From positions 120,282-184,281 of the forward strand of contig CAWCVB010000003.1 of assembly GCA_963798915.1 (NCBI GenBank): 64,000 nucleotides of DNA, written 5' to 3'. Shown piece after piece: positions 20,474 through 29,894 of this stretch. The position numbers were made by a program, and so were the translations under genes. Every line of letters begins with the position of its first letter. The stretch's first letter is position 1. The notes below the pieces were generated by a model. The model was not told the origin of the DNA and ran no database searches. It saw only the letters and a program-made list of their open reading frames with translations. The DNA is from an uncultured Gemmatimonadales bacterium. GTDB lineage: Bacteria; Gemmatimonadota; Gemmatimonadetes; Gemmatimonadales; GWC2-71-9.

Positions 20474-21439
20474 TCAGTGCGCTTCCTGCATCAGCCCGAT
20501 GAATACCGACGTGAGCAGGGCAAAAACGTACGCCTGCAGGAAGGCAACGAACACTTCCAGCAGCATGATGCCGGTCGCCATGACGGCCGACGCGACGCCC
20601 ACCGAATAGCTCTTGAAGATGAATGTCAGCCCCACCAGGGCGAGCACCAGCACGTGACCCGCGGTCATGTTGGCGAACAGGCGGACCGCCAGCGCGAACG
20701 GCTTGGCCAGCTTCCCGATGATTTCGATCGGGGTCATGATGATCAGCATCAGCGGCTTGAGGATCCATCCGGCGACGCCGCCGGGTAGCCCGTGCGGAAG
20801 AAAGAAGATGGTACCGAGATACCCCTTCACTCCCAGCGCCTTCATGCCCGACAGCTCGATCACCAGGAACGCCACCACCGCCAGCGCCGCCGTCACCGAG
20901 ATGTTACCGGTGGCGGTCGCGCCCCACGGCAGAACACCCAGCAGGTTCATCACCAGAATGAAGAAGAACAGCGTGAGGATGTAGGGTGCGAAGCGGGCCG
21001 AATGGGGGCCGGCGTTGGGCAGCACCACGTCCTGGCGCACCCAGAGCGCCATCGCTTCCATGGCACTGGCAAATCCTCTCGGCGGCCGGTTCTGCTGCTG
21101 GGCCCGGCGCACCGAGCGTCCGCTCATGATGAATACCAGCGCCACGAGGGCGGCCGCAAACATCATGAACACCGTATGCTTGGTGAGGCTCAGATCGACG
21201 GCGTACTTGCCGACGTGCACCGGCTGCCAGTGAGGAAGATGGATGACCCAGCCAAAGGGCAGCTCGATCTCGTCGGAGTTGCCGATGTGGTGCAGGATGT
21301 CGATTTCGTCGCGCTGACCCCGCTCGGCTTCCAGCTGCCCGGCGGTCTCATGCTGCTGTGCGGCCAAGGGCGAGGCGGACGAGAGGCCCGCCAGGCCGAG
21401 AACGAGAATGAGGGAGAACCAGCGCGTGAATCGCATCAT
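20474..21439 (-). CDS. atpB: ATP synthase F0 subunit a with N-terminal extension
   Basis: ATATGNISVT, KPFALAVRLFANMTAGH, LEVFVAFLQAYVF. Confidence 0.95.
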   Translation of the reverse strand: MMRFTRWFSLILVLGLAGLSSASPLAAQQHETAGQLEAERGQRDEIDILHHIGNSDEIELPFGWVIHLPHWQPVHVGKYAVDLSLTKHTVFMMFAAALVALVFIMSGRSVRRAQQQNRPPRGFASAMEAMALWVRQDVVLPNAGPHSARFAPYILTLFFFILVMNLLGVLPWGATATGNISVTAALAVVAFLVIELSGMKALGVKGYLGTIFFLPHGLPGGVAGWILKPLMLIIMTPIEIIGKLAKPFALAVRLFANMTAGHVLVLALVGLTFIFKSYSVGVASAVMATGIMLLEVFVAFLQAYVFALLTSVFIGLMQEAH

Positions 21440-21444
21440 GGCCG

Positions 21445-21807
21445 TCAGGTGCGAGGAAGTGCCGCCAGTGCCACGACGCCCTCGACCAGGAGGAGCGCCG
21501 TCAGCAGACCGGCCAGTGTCACCAGGAGCGGGGTCGCTGCCAGTCCATACGCTGGGCCGACCACCGCCGCCAGCAGTCCGATCAACATCAGCCGGCCCAG
21601 GACTCCGAGGCCCCAGACCAGCAGGAATCGCTGGGTACCGACTGACCGGATCACCCACCAGCCTAGCGGCCCCTGCACCAGGACCGACGCCAGGAGAGCA
21701 ATCCAGACCGCGGGGTGGTCGGCCTCCGGCACCATGCGGAACGCCAAGGCCGCGCCGAACGCCACCACCATCAGGACCAGCGCAGGGTAGAGGTAGCGTG
21801 TCCTCAT
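21445..21807 (-). CDS. AtpI-like 4-TM membrane protein
   Basis: Four hydrophobic helices; canonical position between atpZ and atpB. Confidence 0.75.
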   Translation of the reverse strand: MRTRYLYPALVLMVVAFGAALAFRMVPEADHPAVWIALLASVLVQGPLGWWVIRSVGTQRFLLVWGLGVLGRLMLIGLLAAVVGPAYGLAATPLLVTLAGLLTALLLVEGVVALAALPRT

Positions 21808-22051
21808 GACTCACCCCCGCCATCCTGCCCGCCCCTTGCCCGTCCTGCCCGACTTGTCGAATCAGCGACCACATGGTGCCTCCGAAGCCCAGAAAGGCGC
21901 CCACAATGGTCAGCAGCGAGCCGGTTCCCAGCTTCCGGTCGGCCCACTGCCCTGCGTACAACCCGATCAACATCATGACGGCCAGTTGGATGCCCAGACC
22001 GGCAAAGCGCATGGGCGACGGACCTTGGCCGCCCTTGGGGGTCTCTGGCAC
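21804..22051 (-). CDS. AtpZ/AtpI family protein; probable frameshift near 21840
   Basis: FAGLGIQLA..GLYAGQWADRKLGT; natural stop at 21804 overlaps the next ATG in another frame. Confidence 0.8.
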
Positions 22052-22057
22052 GGGGCA

Positions 22058-22086
22058 AAATTACCCGCTTGTGAAATTTTTCGCAA
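22058..22086 (-). promoter_or_regulatory. Sigma-70 promoter of the atp operon, possibly leaderless
   Basis: TTGCGA-N17-TAATTT, then 6 nt to GTG 22051. Confidence 0.55.
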
Positions 22087-22146
22087 GCACATTACAGGGC
22101 GGGCGAGGCGGGCAGGGCGGCGAGACGGGCAGGTGCTGTTTCGAGC

Positions 22147-22174
22147 GTCATTCCCCGCGAAAGCGGGGAATCCA
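22147..22174. repeat. REP-like hairpin GTCATTCCCCGCGAAAGCGGGGAATCCA
   Basis: Perfect stem with GAAA loop and GTCA start. Confidence 0.8.
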
Positions 22175-22298
22175 TGAGGACCAACCCCGGCCATCGGCGC
22201 CCATACCGAGGTACGGCTACCCTTCCGGTTTTCACTCGGACAAGCCCATCTTCCGGCATGCAGCGAAACCCCCGGTGCGCAGAGCCGTCTGGTGGAAC

Positions 22299-22363
22299 GT
22301 CGACCGTTGACCGTAGACCGTCGACCGTCCAGCCGTCTAGCCGTCTAACCGTCTAACCGTCTA
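22299..22363. repeat. Heptamer (GACCGTY) then octamer (CCGTCTAR) arrays
   Basis: Visible directly upstream of the MoxR gene. Confidence 0.85.
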
Positions 22364-22367
22364 CCAC

Positions 22368-23373
22368 ATGCCTTCAGCCCCAACTGCCATCGCCGACGAC
22401 GTCCAGCAGCTCCAACGGCTGACCGCGCGCCGTGGCTGACCTCCGCCGCCAGGTCGCCCGGCGCATCGTGGGTCAGACGGAGATCGTGGATGGGATCCTC
22501 ACCGCCATCCTGGCTGGGGGGCATGCCCTCCTGATTGGCGTGCCCGGCCTCGCCAAGACCTTGATGGTCCAGAGCGTGGCCGAGGCGCTGCGGCTGACCT
22601 TCAACCGGGTGCAGTTCACGCCCGATCTCATGCCCAGCGACATCACCGGGACCGAGATCATCGAGGAAGATCTTACCACTGGCAAGCGGGCCTTCCGGTT
22701 TGTTCACGGGCCGGTCTTTGCCAATGTCCTGCTCGCGGATGAAATCAACCGGACGCCACCCAAGACCCAGGCCGCGCTACTGCAGGCCATGCAGGAGCAC
22801 CGGGTGACTGCGGGCGGGACAACCTTTCCGCTGCCGGATCCATTCTTTGTGCTGGCGACCCAGAATCCGATCGAGCAGGAGGGCACCTACCCGCTGCCCG
22901 AAGCACAGCTCGACCGCTTCATGCTGGAATTGCGGGTGCGTTATCCGTCAAAGGAAGAAGAAGAGCGCATCGTCGAGCGGACCACCGGCGAGCCGGAGGC
23001 CGCCATCACGCCAGCGCTGGATGCGGAATCGGTGCGTGCCATGCAGGCACTGGTGCGACGGATTCCGGTCTCGAAGGGCCTGGTGACCGCGGCCGTGTCG
23101 CTCACCCGCCGCACCCGGCCCTCGGAGCCCGATGCTCCCTCGGCGGTCAGGGAATTTGTCGAATGGGGCGCGGGGCCGCGGGCGTCGCAGTACCTGGTCC
23201 TGGCCGCCAAGGCCCGGGCCGCAATGGACGGCCGCCCCATGGCCGATCTCGATGATGTCGCCATCGTGGCGCCTTCGGTGCTGCGCCACCGGATCGTGAC
23301 CAACTTTGCGGCCGAAGCGGCAGGGCGGACGAGTGAGGATCTGGTGGAGGAGCTGCTGAAGGCTGAAGGCTGA
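22368..23373 (+). CDS. MoxR family AAA+ ATPase; probable indel near 22428
   Basis: GVPGLAKT, RVQFTPDLMPSDITG, LADEINR, ATQNPIEQEGTYPLPEAQLDRF; upstream ATG 22368 (MPSAPTAIADDVQQLQRL) is one frame off. Confidence 0.92.
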
Positions 23374-23384
23374 AGCCTTCAGGC

Positions 23385-24449
23385 TCACAAGGGCAATGGC
23401 GGCCCTCCGCCGGCCAGCGCGATGATCGGATCGAACATCCGCAGCGGAATGAACAGCCCGAGGAAACTCACCCCGGCCGCCGACTCGAGCACGTCAGACT
23501 CGTCGCTGCTCAAGGTCCGGCCGTCGGTCGCCGTCAGCGTCTCGCCGTCATAGGTCGCCCAGGTGTCGCCGTTGACCTTGATCGTGAAGGTGAACGCATC
23601 GCTGTAGCCGGCCGATGCGGTAAGGTCCAGCCGCCCATTGGGACTCGTAATCGTCTCCGACAGCACGAAGGTTCCGGTGGCAGCGTCATCGTTGTAATTC
23701 CCGTTGAAATGCAGGTCGAACGAGAAGTCGCGGCTGGGCATGTCCAGCGATGAGGTCATGTCAAAGGTGGACGTCCCCGTGTCGTTGGTGGACGCGTTGG
23801 CCGCAAAGTCCACATTGAGGCGCCCGGCTGGGAAGACGAGGTAGCCGGCCACGGCCAGCTCGCCCGAGGTTTCATCGCCGGTCACCTGCACCGTGTAATC
23901 CATGATCGTCGCGCTTCCGACCACTGCCACCAGGCGCGCTTTCGAGGTGCTGCCGCTCGACAGGTCGGTGAGGTCGACATAGCCGGTTTCCACCAGCGGA
24001 GTGACGAACTGGCCTTCAGCATCCTGCTCATAGAGGATCACCCGGATGCCGTTGGCCGGTGCACCGGTACGGTCCGAGGCCACATACTCGCCAGTAGCAT
24101 CATCGTAGACCCAGACTTTGCCGGCGGCTTCGGGGGGAATCGCCAGCGACGCGCTGATGGCCGGCGTGCTGATGCTGGAACGCAGTGTTGCCGCGACGGT
24201 GCGGGCGTCCTGCTGCCGGATGGGGCGGCTGGCGAGCCGACCGACGCTCACGACGGCGGGCGTCCCGCCGAGCGAGGCCGAGACGCCGTCGAATGCCTGG
24301 AAAATGCTGTTGTCGCTGACCCCACCGAATGTCTCGATGTCAGTGCCCATGGCGCTTGCATCGAATTGGCTGGGGCCGGAATCGCCACAGGCCGCGATCA
24401 GGGCCACGGACAGGATGGCGAGGGCCGCGCGGGTCTTGCAGAACGCCAT
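23385..24449 (-). CDS. Hypothetical lipoprotein
   Basis: Lipobox IAAC; beta-rich acidic mature part. Confidence 0.75.
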   Translation of the reverse strand: MAFCKTRAALAILSVALIAACGDSGPSQFDASAMGTDIETFGGVSDNSIFQAFDGVSASLGGTPAVVSVGRLASRPIRQQDARTVAATLRSSISTPAISASLAIPPEAAGKVWVYDDATGEYVASDRTGAPANGIRVILYEQDAEGQFVTPLVETGYVDLTDLSSGSTSKARLVAVVGSATIMDYTVQVTGDETSGELAVAGYLVFPAGRLNVDFAANASTNDTGTSTFDMTSSLDMPSRDFSFDLHFNGNYNDDAATGTFVLSETITSPNGRLDLTASAGYSDAFTFTIKVNGDTWATYDGETLTATDGRTLSSDESDVLESAAGVSFLGLFIPLRMFDPIIALAGGGPPLPL

Positions 24450-24461
24450 GACTCGGTCTCC

Positions 24462-24742
24462 TGGGTCGTGAGTCACGGGTCCCGGGTCGCGGGCCGCAAG
24501 ACTCAGCGATAACACATGGTTAGCTCATTGGTGCCAGGCATTGCACCTTGGCGGATTGATCAGTGCCACCAAGGAGGGGCAATGGGTGGGCCATCACAGG
24601 ACGGGCAGGACGGGCAGGACGGGCGGGACGGGCGCCGCGCGCACGTCGCCCTCGATCCGCGACGCTCGACGCTCGACGCTCGACGCTCGACGCTCGACGC
24701 TCGACCCACGACCCACGACCCGCGACCCACGACCCACGACCC
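24462..24742. repeat. Composite arrays: (GGGTCRY)n, (CAGGACGGG)n, (CGACGCT)n, (CGACCCA)n
   Basis: Outer arrays 24462-24495 and 24702-24742 are mutually inverted. Confidence 0.9.
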
Positions 24743-24783
24743 ATTTTACTCCCCGTTGACAATCCCGCTGCATATTGGTGCTC

Positions 24784-27700
24784 ATGACTGCGCGTTTTCA
24801 GCTCAGGTGCCTGGGTGAGCCGGCGTTGCTGCGGGCTGACGGCCAGGCCGTCCGGATCAAGGTGCGGAAGCACACCGCGCTGCTCATCTATCTGGTGCTG
24901 GAAGGCGACCGCCGCCACCGGCGTGAGAAGCTGGCCGAGTTGCTGTGGCCCAACTTGCCGGATGCCGATGGGCGGCACTCGGTCGCCACCGCCTTGACGT
25001 CACTGCGGGCGGCTTTCGGGCAGGAGGTCCTGGACAGCAACGGCAACGGCGTGCGCTGGAGCTTTCCCCACTTGGACCTGGACCTGCACCGGCTGCAGAA
25101 CGGCCAGATTCTGGGCGATGAGGTCACACCACCGCTGGATGTGGCAGCCTTCCTGGATGGTTTCGAGGTGCCCGACGCCGCTGGCTTCATGCTGTGGCGC
25201 GAGCAGCAGCGCGCCCGCTGGCATCCTTGCATTCGGGACGGCCTGGTCCTCCTCATGGACCGGTGCCGGCGCACCGGCGACAGCCAGCAGATCGAGCAGC
25301 TGGCCGATCGCATGCTGGCACTTGACGAGCTCAGTGAGGAGGCAGTGCGGGCCAAGATGGAGGCCCGTGCCTTTGCCGGCGACCGGGTCAACGCCCTCAA
25401 GATCTTCGAAGCGTGGCGCGAGCGGTTGCAGGAAGAACTCGGCGCCGTCCCGTCGGAGCGGATTGATGGAATGGCCATGCGTCTCCGGAAGCGGAGCTGG
25501 GAGCGTGCGACCCAGCACGCCATTTCGCCGGTGCGCATTGACCAGTGGAAGGACCGCCCCTTCATCGGCCGGGGACGCGAGCACCAGCAGTTGTATGAGG
25601 CGTGGGAGCGCATGCAGCGCGGTGACGCAGGTCATGCCCACGTCCTGGGCGAGTCAGGCATCGGCAAGACGACCCTGGTGGAGCGCCTCTCCACGGCCGC
25701 GGGGCTGGAAGGTGCCTCAGCCGCTCGGGTTCAGTGCTACGACATGGAGCGGGAGATACCCTACGCGGCCATCGGTGGCTTGGTGCGGAGCCTGCTCGAG
25801 CGGCCCGGCGCCAGCGCCGCGTCGCCCGAGGCACTGGCCGACCTGGCACAGGCGGTGCCGGAGATTCGGCGCCGCTTCCCCAACATTCCCGCCGCCTCCG
25901 ACAGCATCGGCGAAACTGCCCGCCTTCGGATCGCCGAGGCCCTGCATGAACTGGTCAGTGCCGTGGCCGACGAGCATCCGCTGGTGCTGGTCATCGACGA
26001 CCATCATCTGGCCGACGACGCGAGCCTGGCCCTGTTGCATCACCTGCTCCGGCGGGTAAAGGGCCAGAAGGTGATGATGGTCTTCATCGGACGCGCCAGC
26101 GAGCTGGGCCAGTCACCCCACGCGGTGCGGCTCCGCGACAACTTTTCCCAGTTCGGCGCGATCACCCTCGAACTGACCCCCATGACGCCGGCGGAATGCG
26201 ACCGGCTGGTTACGGCGTTGTGTCCGGAGCCCGATCGCCAGCCCAATGCGGCCACGCGACGGGCGCTGATTCGGTCCGCGCGCGGCTATCCGATGGTGCT
26301 CGAACTGCTCTGCCAGGACTGGGAGGAGCGGGGGGAGCGCTCGTTGGCGCTGGCACTGGATGCGATGACCATCCAGCCCGACTCGGCGGCCGCGCCCGCC
26401 GAAACCTTCCGCCAGCTGTACGAGCGGATTGCGCAGTCGCTCGATCCAGGTGCGCGCAATGTGCTCAATCTCGCGGCCATCCTGGGTCATCGGGTCAACG
26501 ACATCAGCATGTATTCTCTCGCCGACCTGTCGCTGGGCCAGACGATGGGCGGCATCTCCCGGCTGACCGAGCTTCGGGTGCTCCGGGACGGCGGCGACGG
26601 GCTGGAGTTTGTCAACGAACTGATCCGGACCCACGCCTACATGGGCGTGCCCAGCGCCATGCGGCGGGTCCTGCATGCGAGCATCGCCCAGCGCCTCATC
26701 GACAGTGAGCAGGAGGGCACCGAGGTGATGGGGCTCGAGATTGCCTGGCATTGCATTCGTGGCGGGCGGGTGGAGGAGGCAGTGCCCTACCTGCTGCGCG
26801 GCGCCCGACAGGCGCTGCAACGCGGGGCACCGCACTCGGTTGAGCTGGCGCTCTGTAGTGCCACGGCAGTGCTCAGCACAGCTTCCGACCGGGCCTCTGC
26901 CGCGTTGCTAGTAGTCGAGTCTCTGCAGGAACAGGGGGAATGGGATCGCTCTTTGGTTGAGCTCGAAACACTAGAGACGCACAGCATCACTTCTTTTGAA
27001 TGGATGAGAGAGGCCCAGATTTGTGCAGCTAACTCAGCGCTCTACAGATACGATGAAGCACAGGCCATCACGATGGCGGAGCGCCTCGTTGGCGCGATTG
27101 CGCAGGTAGATGACCCGTTCACCAGCGCCGCATTGGCTAGGGCAACATCGGGCCTAGTCCTCTCGACGCGAAGTCCGGTCCTGGCCGCAAATACACTCGA
27201 AGCTCTAGCTTGCTTCGATTCGAAAATGCTTCAAAGCCCGGGGCGGCAGGACTGGCTACTGGCTCAACTGAGAATTCGGCTGATGGTCGGGGAGACTGAC
27301 GAGCTAGAGCATTCACTCAAGTCGCTTTCGCTCGAAATGGTGGAAACAAAGACAAGGAGCAGCTCCGCAGCAATGCTTGCGATCGGCCGGGGAGGTTTCT
27401 GCTGCGCTACTGGTCGCTACCAAGAGGCGTTAGATCACTTCGACAGCGCCTTGAAGATTGCAATCGAACTTGGTAATAGCTCGCTGATCGCTTCGGCGAA
27501 TGCGAATCGAGCGCTTTGTTTTGGGATGCTTGGTGACTTTGTCCAGCAGGTGCTTTGTGCGAGCGAAGCCTTAGCGCAAGAGCGTCACGTCACCGGCTCC
27601 TATCGGCAGATATTGGCGCGCTATCATGTGGCAGTCGGCAACGCAATGGGTGGTCGACAATCTGAGGCTTTGTCGGCAGCGAGAGGGCTGGAGGGCTTGG

Positions 27701-28179
27701 CTCTGGAGAGTGCGCCAGCGTGGGTGCAACAGGTGCGATTGTTGTTCCTCGCCGATGCGTTCTGGCTGGCAGGCAGACGCCGGGCGGCGATGAAGGCAGC
27801 GGCACTTGGGGTGACGGGCGACTTTGCGCTGCCTTTGGCCACCGGATTCACAGGAACACACGCGCGGTGGCTAGCGCGAGTAACCGACACATCAGAGTCC
27901 GCTCACCGTTACTTAGCGCAACTCGATATTCGATCTGATGAGTTCGACTTGATCGATCGAGCTGAAATAGCCTTGGCTCGATGGATCCTTTCGGAGAGGA
28001 TGGAGTTGCCACATTCCGCCGCCGCTTACGATGAGGCTACGGGGCTCCTGCGGTGTTTGCCCGATGCTGCCACGCAGTTCTTCGCACGCCTTGAGTTTGT
28101 GCTGCAGCCTCGGAGTCGCGTCTCTGCATCGGCTAGGAAGAGCGCGGCGTCAGATAACTCTCAGCGCTTATCCGACTGA
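24784..28179 (+). CDS. BTAD/SARP-type transcriptional regulator with AAA/STAND ATPase and TPR-like C-terminus
   Basis: N-terminal LRCLGEP..ALLIYL..REKLAELLWP; BTAD segment ELSEEAVRAKM; Walker A GESGIGKT; Walker B LVIDD; helical repeats. Confidence 0.88.
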   Translation: MTARFQLRCLGEPALLRADGQAVRIKVRKHTALLIYLVLEGDRRHRREKLAELLWPNLPDADGRHSVATALTSLRAAFGQEVLDSNGNGVRWSFPHLDLDLHRLQNGQILGDEVTPPLDVAAFLDGFEVPDAAGFMLWREQQRARWHPCIRDGLVLLMDRCRRTGDSQQIEQLADRMLALDELSEEAVRAKMEARAFAGDRVNALKIFEAWRERLQEELGAVPSERIDGMAMRLRKRSWERATQHAISPVRIDQWKDRPFIGRGREHQQLYEAWERMQRGDAGHAHVLGESGIGKTTLVERLSTAAGLEGASAARVQCYDMEREIPYAAIGGLVRSLLERPGASAASPEALADLAQAVPEIRRRFPNIPAASDSIGETARLRIAEALHELVSAVADEHPLVLVIDDHHLADDASLALLHHLLRRVKGQKVMMVFIGRASELGQSPHAVRLRDNFSQFGAITLELTPMTPAECDRLVTALCPEPDRQPNAATRRALIRSARGYPMVLELLCQDWEERGERSLALALDAMTIQPDSAAAPAETFRQLYERIAQSLDPGARNVLNLAAILGHRVNDISMYSLADLSLGQTMGGISRLTELRVLRDGGDGLEFVNELIRTHAYMGVPSAMRRVLHASIAQRLIDSEQEGTEVMGLEIAWHCIRGGRVEEAVPYLLRGARQALQRGAPHSVELALCSATAVLSTASDRASAALLVVESLQEQGEWDRSLVELETLETHSITSFEWMREAQICAANSALYRYDEAQAITMAERLVGAIAQVDDPFTSAALARATSGLVLSTRSPVLAANTLEALACFDSKMLQSPGRQDWLLAQLRIRLMVGETDELEHSLKSLSLEMVETKTRSSSAAMLAIGRGGFCCATGRYQEALDHFDSALKIAIELGNSSLIASANANRALCFGMLGDFVQQVLCASEALAQERHVTGSYRQILARYHVAVGNAMGGRQSEALSAARGLEGLALESAPAWVQQVRLLFLADAFWLAGRRRAAMKAAALGVTGDFALPLATGFTGTHARWLARVTDTSESAHRYLAQLDIRSDEFDLIDRAEIALARWILSERMELPHSAAAYDEATGLLRCLPDAATQFFARLEFVLQPRSRVSASARKSAASDNSQRLSD

Positions 28180-28192
28180 ACTCCCTACAGAT

Positions 28193-29593
28193 TCAAACCT
28201 TTCGATTACCTCGCCAAAAGGAGGGCGCCGGCCAGGCAACCCGCCTGGAACGCTGAGGTTGGTCCAGGCCCGCTTCCGCAATGGCGGTATTACCGGCGAT
28301 CATGCGGCGAATCGTGACTGAGCCGATAACCAAGTCGACCAATTCCGGATCAAACTGCGTACCACGACATTTCTGCAATTCGGAGATCACGATATCAAGG
28401 CCCAGTCTTTTGCGGTATGGCCTGTCAGTAGTCATTGCGTCTACCGTGTCACATACTAGTATGATTCTCGACCCAAGCGGAATGGACTTTCCCGCAAGTC
28501 CGCTCGGATAGCCTTGCCCATCCCAACGCTCATGATGGTGGCGGACAGAGTCCTGAACAAAGCCACGGAACTTCGAGATAACGCCTACCAGCTCGGCACT
28601 CCTTGTCGAGTGCGTTTGCATCAATGCTGTTTCCTCTGGGGTAAGGCGCGCCTCCTTGCGTAACAGAGGAGCGAATTCCTCGTGAATCTTTCCGACGTCG
28701 TGAAGCAATGCAGCAGTCTCGACTTGCTCGGCCTCACGAACCGCGAGTCCCCGCTCCATAGCGATTAGCCGCGCCAGTTCACTCACACGCACCGAGTGGC
28801 CAGAGGTGTACGGATCTCGTGCTTCAATAGCTTTGACCATCAGCTGCAGCAGTTCCTGGCCGCTGTGCTGCAGTTGGTGATAAAGGCCGTACACGTAACG
28901 AACCATGATGATCGGTGGAATAACGAAGAATAGTCCGTACGGTCCAAAGCCCCAGGTGCGTTGCGAGTACGCGTAGGCCCAAGCTACTCCCATGGCCATT
29001 ACACTCGCGCCGATGTCGTAGCCAAGAATGCCGCGGGTGTTCAAGCTCCAAACATCACGAAATTGTCGATCAGAGCTGAAAGCCACCGCGACGCTAACGA
29101 GAGCAGAATTTATGAGAAAGTAAAGCGCCGCGAATACAAAGAAGAGCCCGATGTCCCGCTGAACATCAGCGACCAGCAGCGTAGCGAATCCGCCCCCTAA
29201 GTAGGCCGGCGGAATAGAACCGCCAAGCAGGCGGTAAACCAAGAGCGAGACTGTGACTGACAGAACTCGCTGAGCAACGTTAAAAAGGGTCTTCTTTTTT
29301 GCCGTCCCTGCTAGTGCGTGATTTATTCCGACCGAAACTCCGGCCGTCACGCCACCCCAGAATGCTCCGAAGAGCATCGCGCTGGAGATGTGCATAACAA
29401 ATGAGACGGAACCGCGAGCGGAAACACGAAGTGGAATGCCAGTCTTGTCAAGCAGAAATGCGATTACAATGAAGGTTCCGATTTCCCAATAGCCCGGGAA
29501 GATCGGCGCGACCTGAAAGGATAAGACCATTGCTCCCGCCGCCGCCGCGACGGCAGCGACTATCAGCAGGTCAACCTTCGAGTCGCGTGGCAT
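28193..29593 (-). CDS. HD-GYP cyclic-dinucleotide phosphodiesterase with N-terminal multi-TM sensor
   Basis: EARDPYTSGHS, LLHDVGK, HHHERWDGQGYP, DAMTTDRPYR; about 7 hydrophobic helices; low GC. Confidence 0.92.
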   Translation of the reverse strand: MPRDSKVDLLIVAAVAAAAGAMVLSFQVAPIFPGYWEIGTFIVIAFLLDKTGIPLRVSARGSVSFVMHISSAMLFGAFWGGVTAGVSVGINHALAGTAKKKTLFNVAQRVLSVTVSLLVYRLLGGSIPPAYLGGGFATLLVADVQRDIGLFFVFAALYFLINSALVSVAVAFSSDRQFRDVWSLNTRGILGYDIGASVMAMGVAWAYAYSQRTWGFGPYGLFFVIPPIIMVRYVYGLYHQLQHSGQELLQLMVKAIEARDPYTSGHSVRVSELARLIAMERGLAVREAEQVETAALLHDVGKIHEEFAPLLRKEARLTPEETALMQTHSTRSAELVGVISKFRGFVQDSVRHHHERWDGQGYPSGLAGKSIPLGSRIILVCDTVDAMTTDRPYRKRLGLDIVISELQKCRGTQFDPELVDLVIGSVTIRRMIAGNTAIAEAGLDQPQRSRRVAWPAPSFWRGNRKV

Positions 29594-29622
29594 AGAAGGT
29601 ATAGGGTGGGGACCCTTTTAGC

Positions 29623-29703
29623 TTAGACCCAGTCTTGGCCGTCAGCCATTAACAGCTTGGCGACAAAATTGACCATCGCCGAAACGACGTCGATAAGCAA
29701 CAT
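29623..29703 (-). CDS. 26-aa peptide MLLIDVVSAMVNFVAKLLMADGQDWV, candidate signalling peptide precursor
   Basis: Own translation (below the ORF track cut-off); SD GAAGGGGGGTGA 5 nt before ATG; ends 29 nt before the HD-GYP start. Confidence 0.75.
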   Translation of the reverse strand: MLLIDVVSAMVNFVAKLLMADGQDWV

Positions 29704-29894
29704 GAGCGTCACCCCCCTTCGGGTACTATCCGATACTTCGGGAAGTGGCGAGCCTCGCTATGGCCCTCCAGACGCTCCGCTTTTTGGTCCGTCCGCTCGA
29801 TTCCGCTTTTGGTCTTTCGACCTGGGCCCCCGACCCGTGAGTTCCTTTCGTCAACCAGCGAGTGAACCTGCCGCCCGCACCAGTGCCTGCCGCG

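Noticed and set aside
20474..22051. 525-aa AtpZ-AtpB fusion ORF
   Set aside because: An indel near 21840 puts atpZ in frame with atpB; the middle is an off-frame read of the atpI-like gene
24526..24546. Sigma-54-like site near the lipoprotein gene
   Set aside because: GG-to-GC spacing is 11 or 9 nt rather than the required 10
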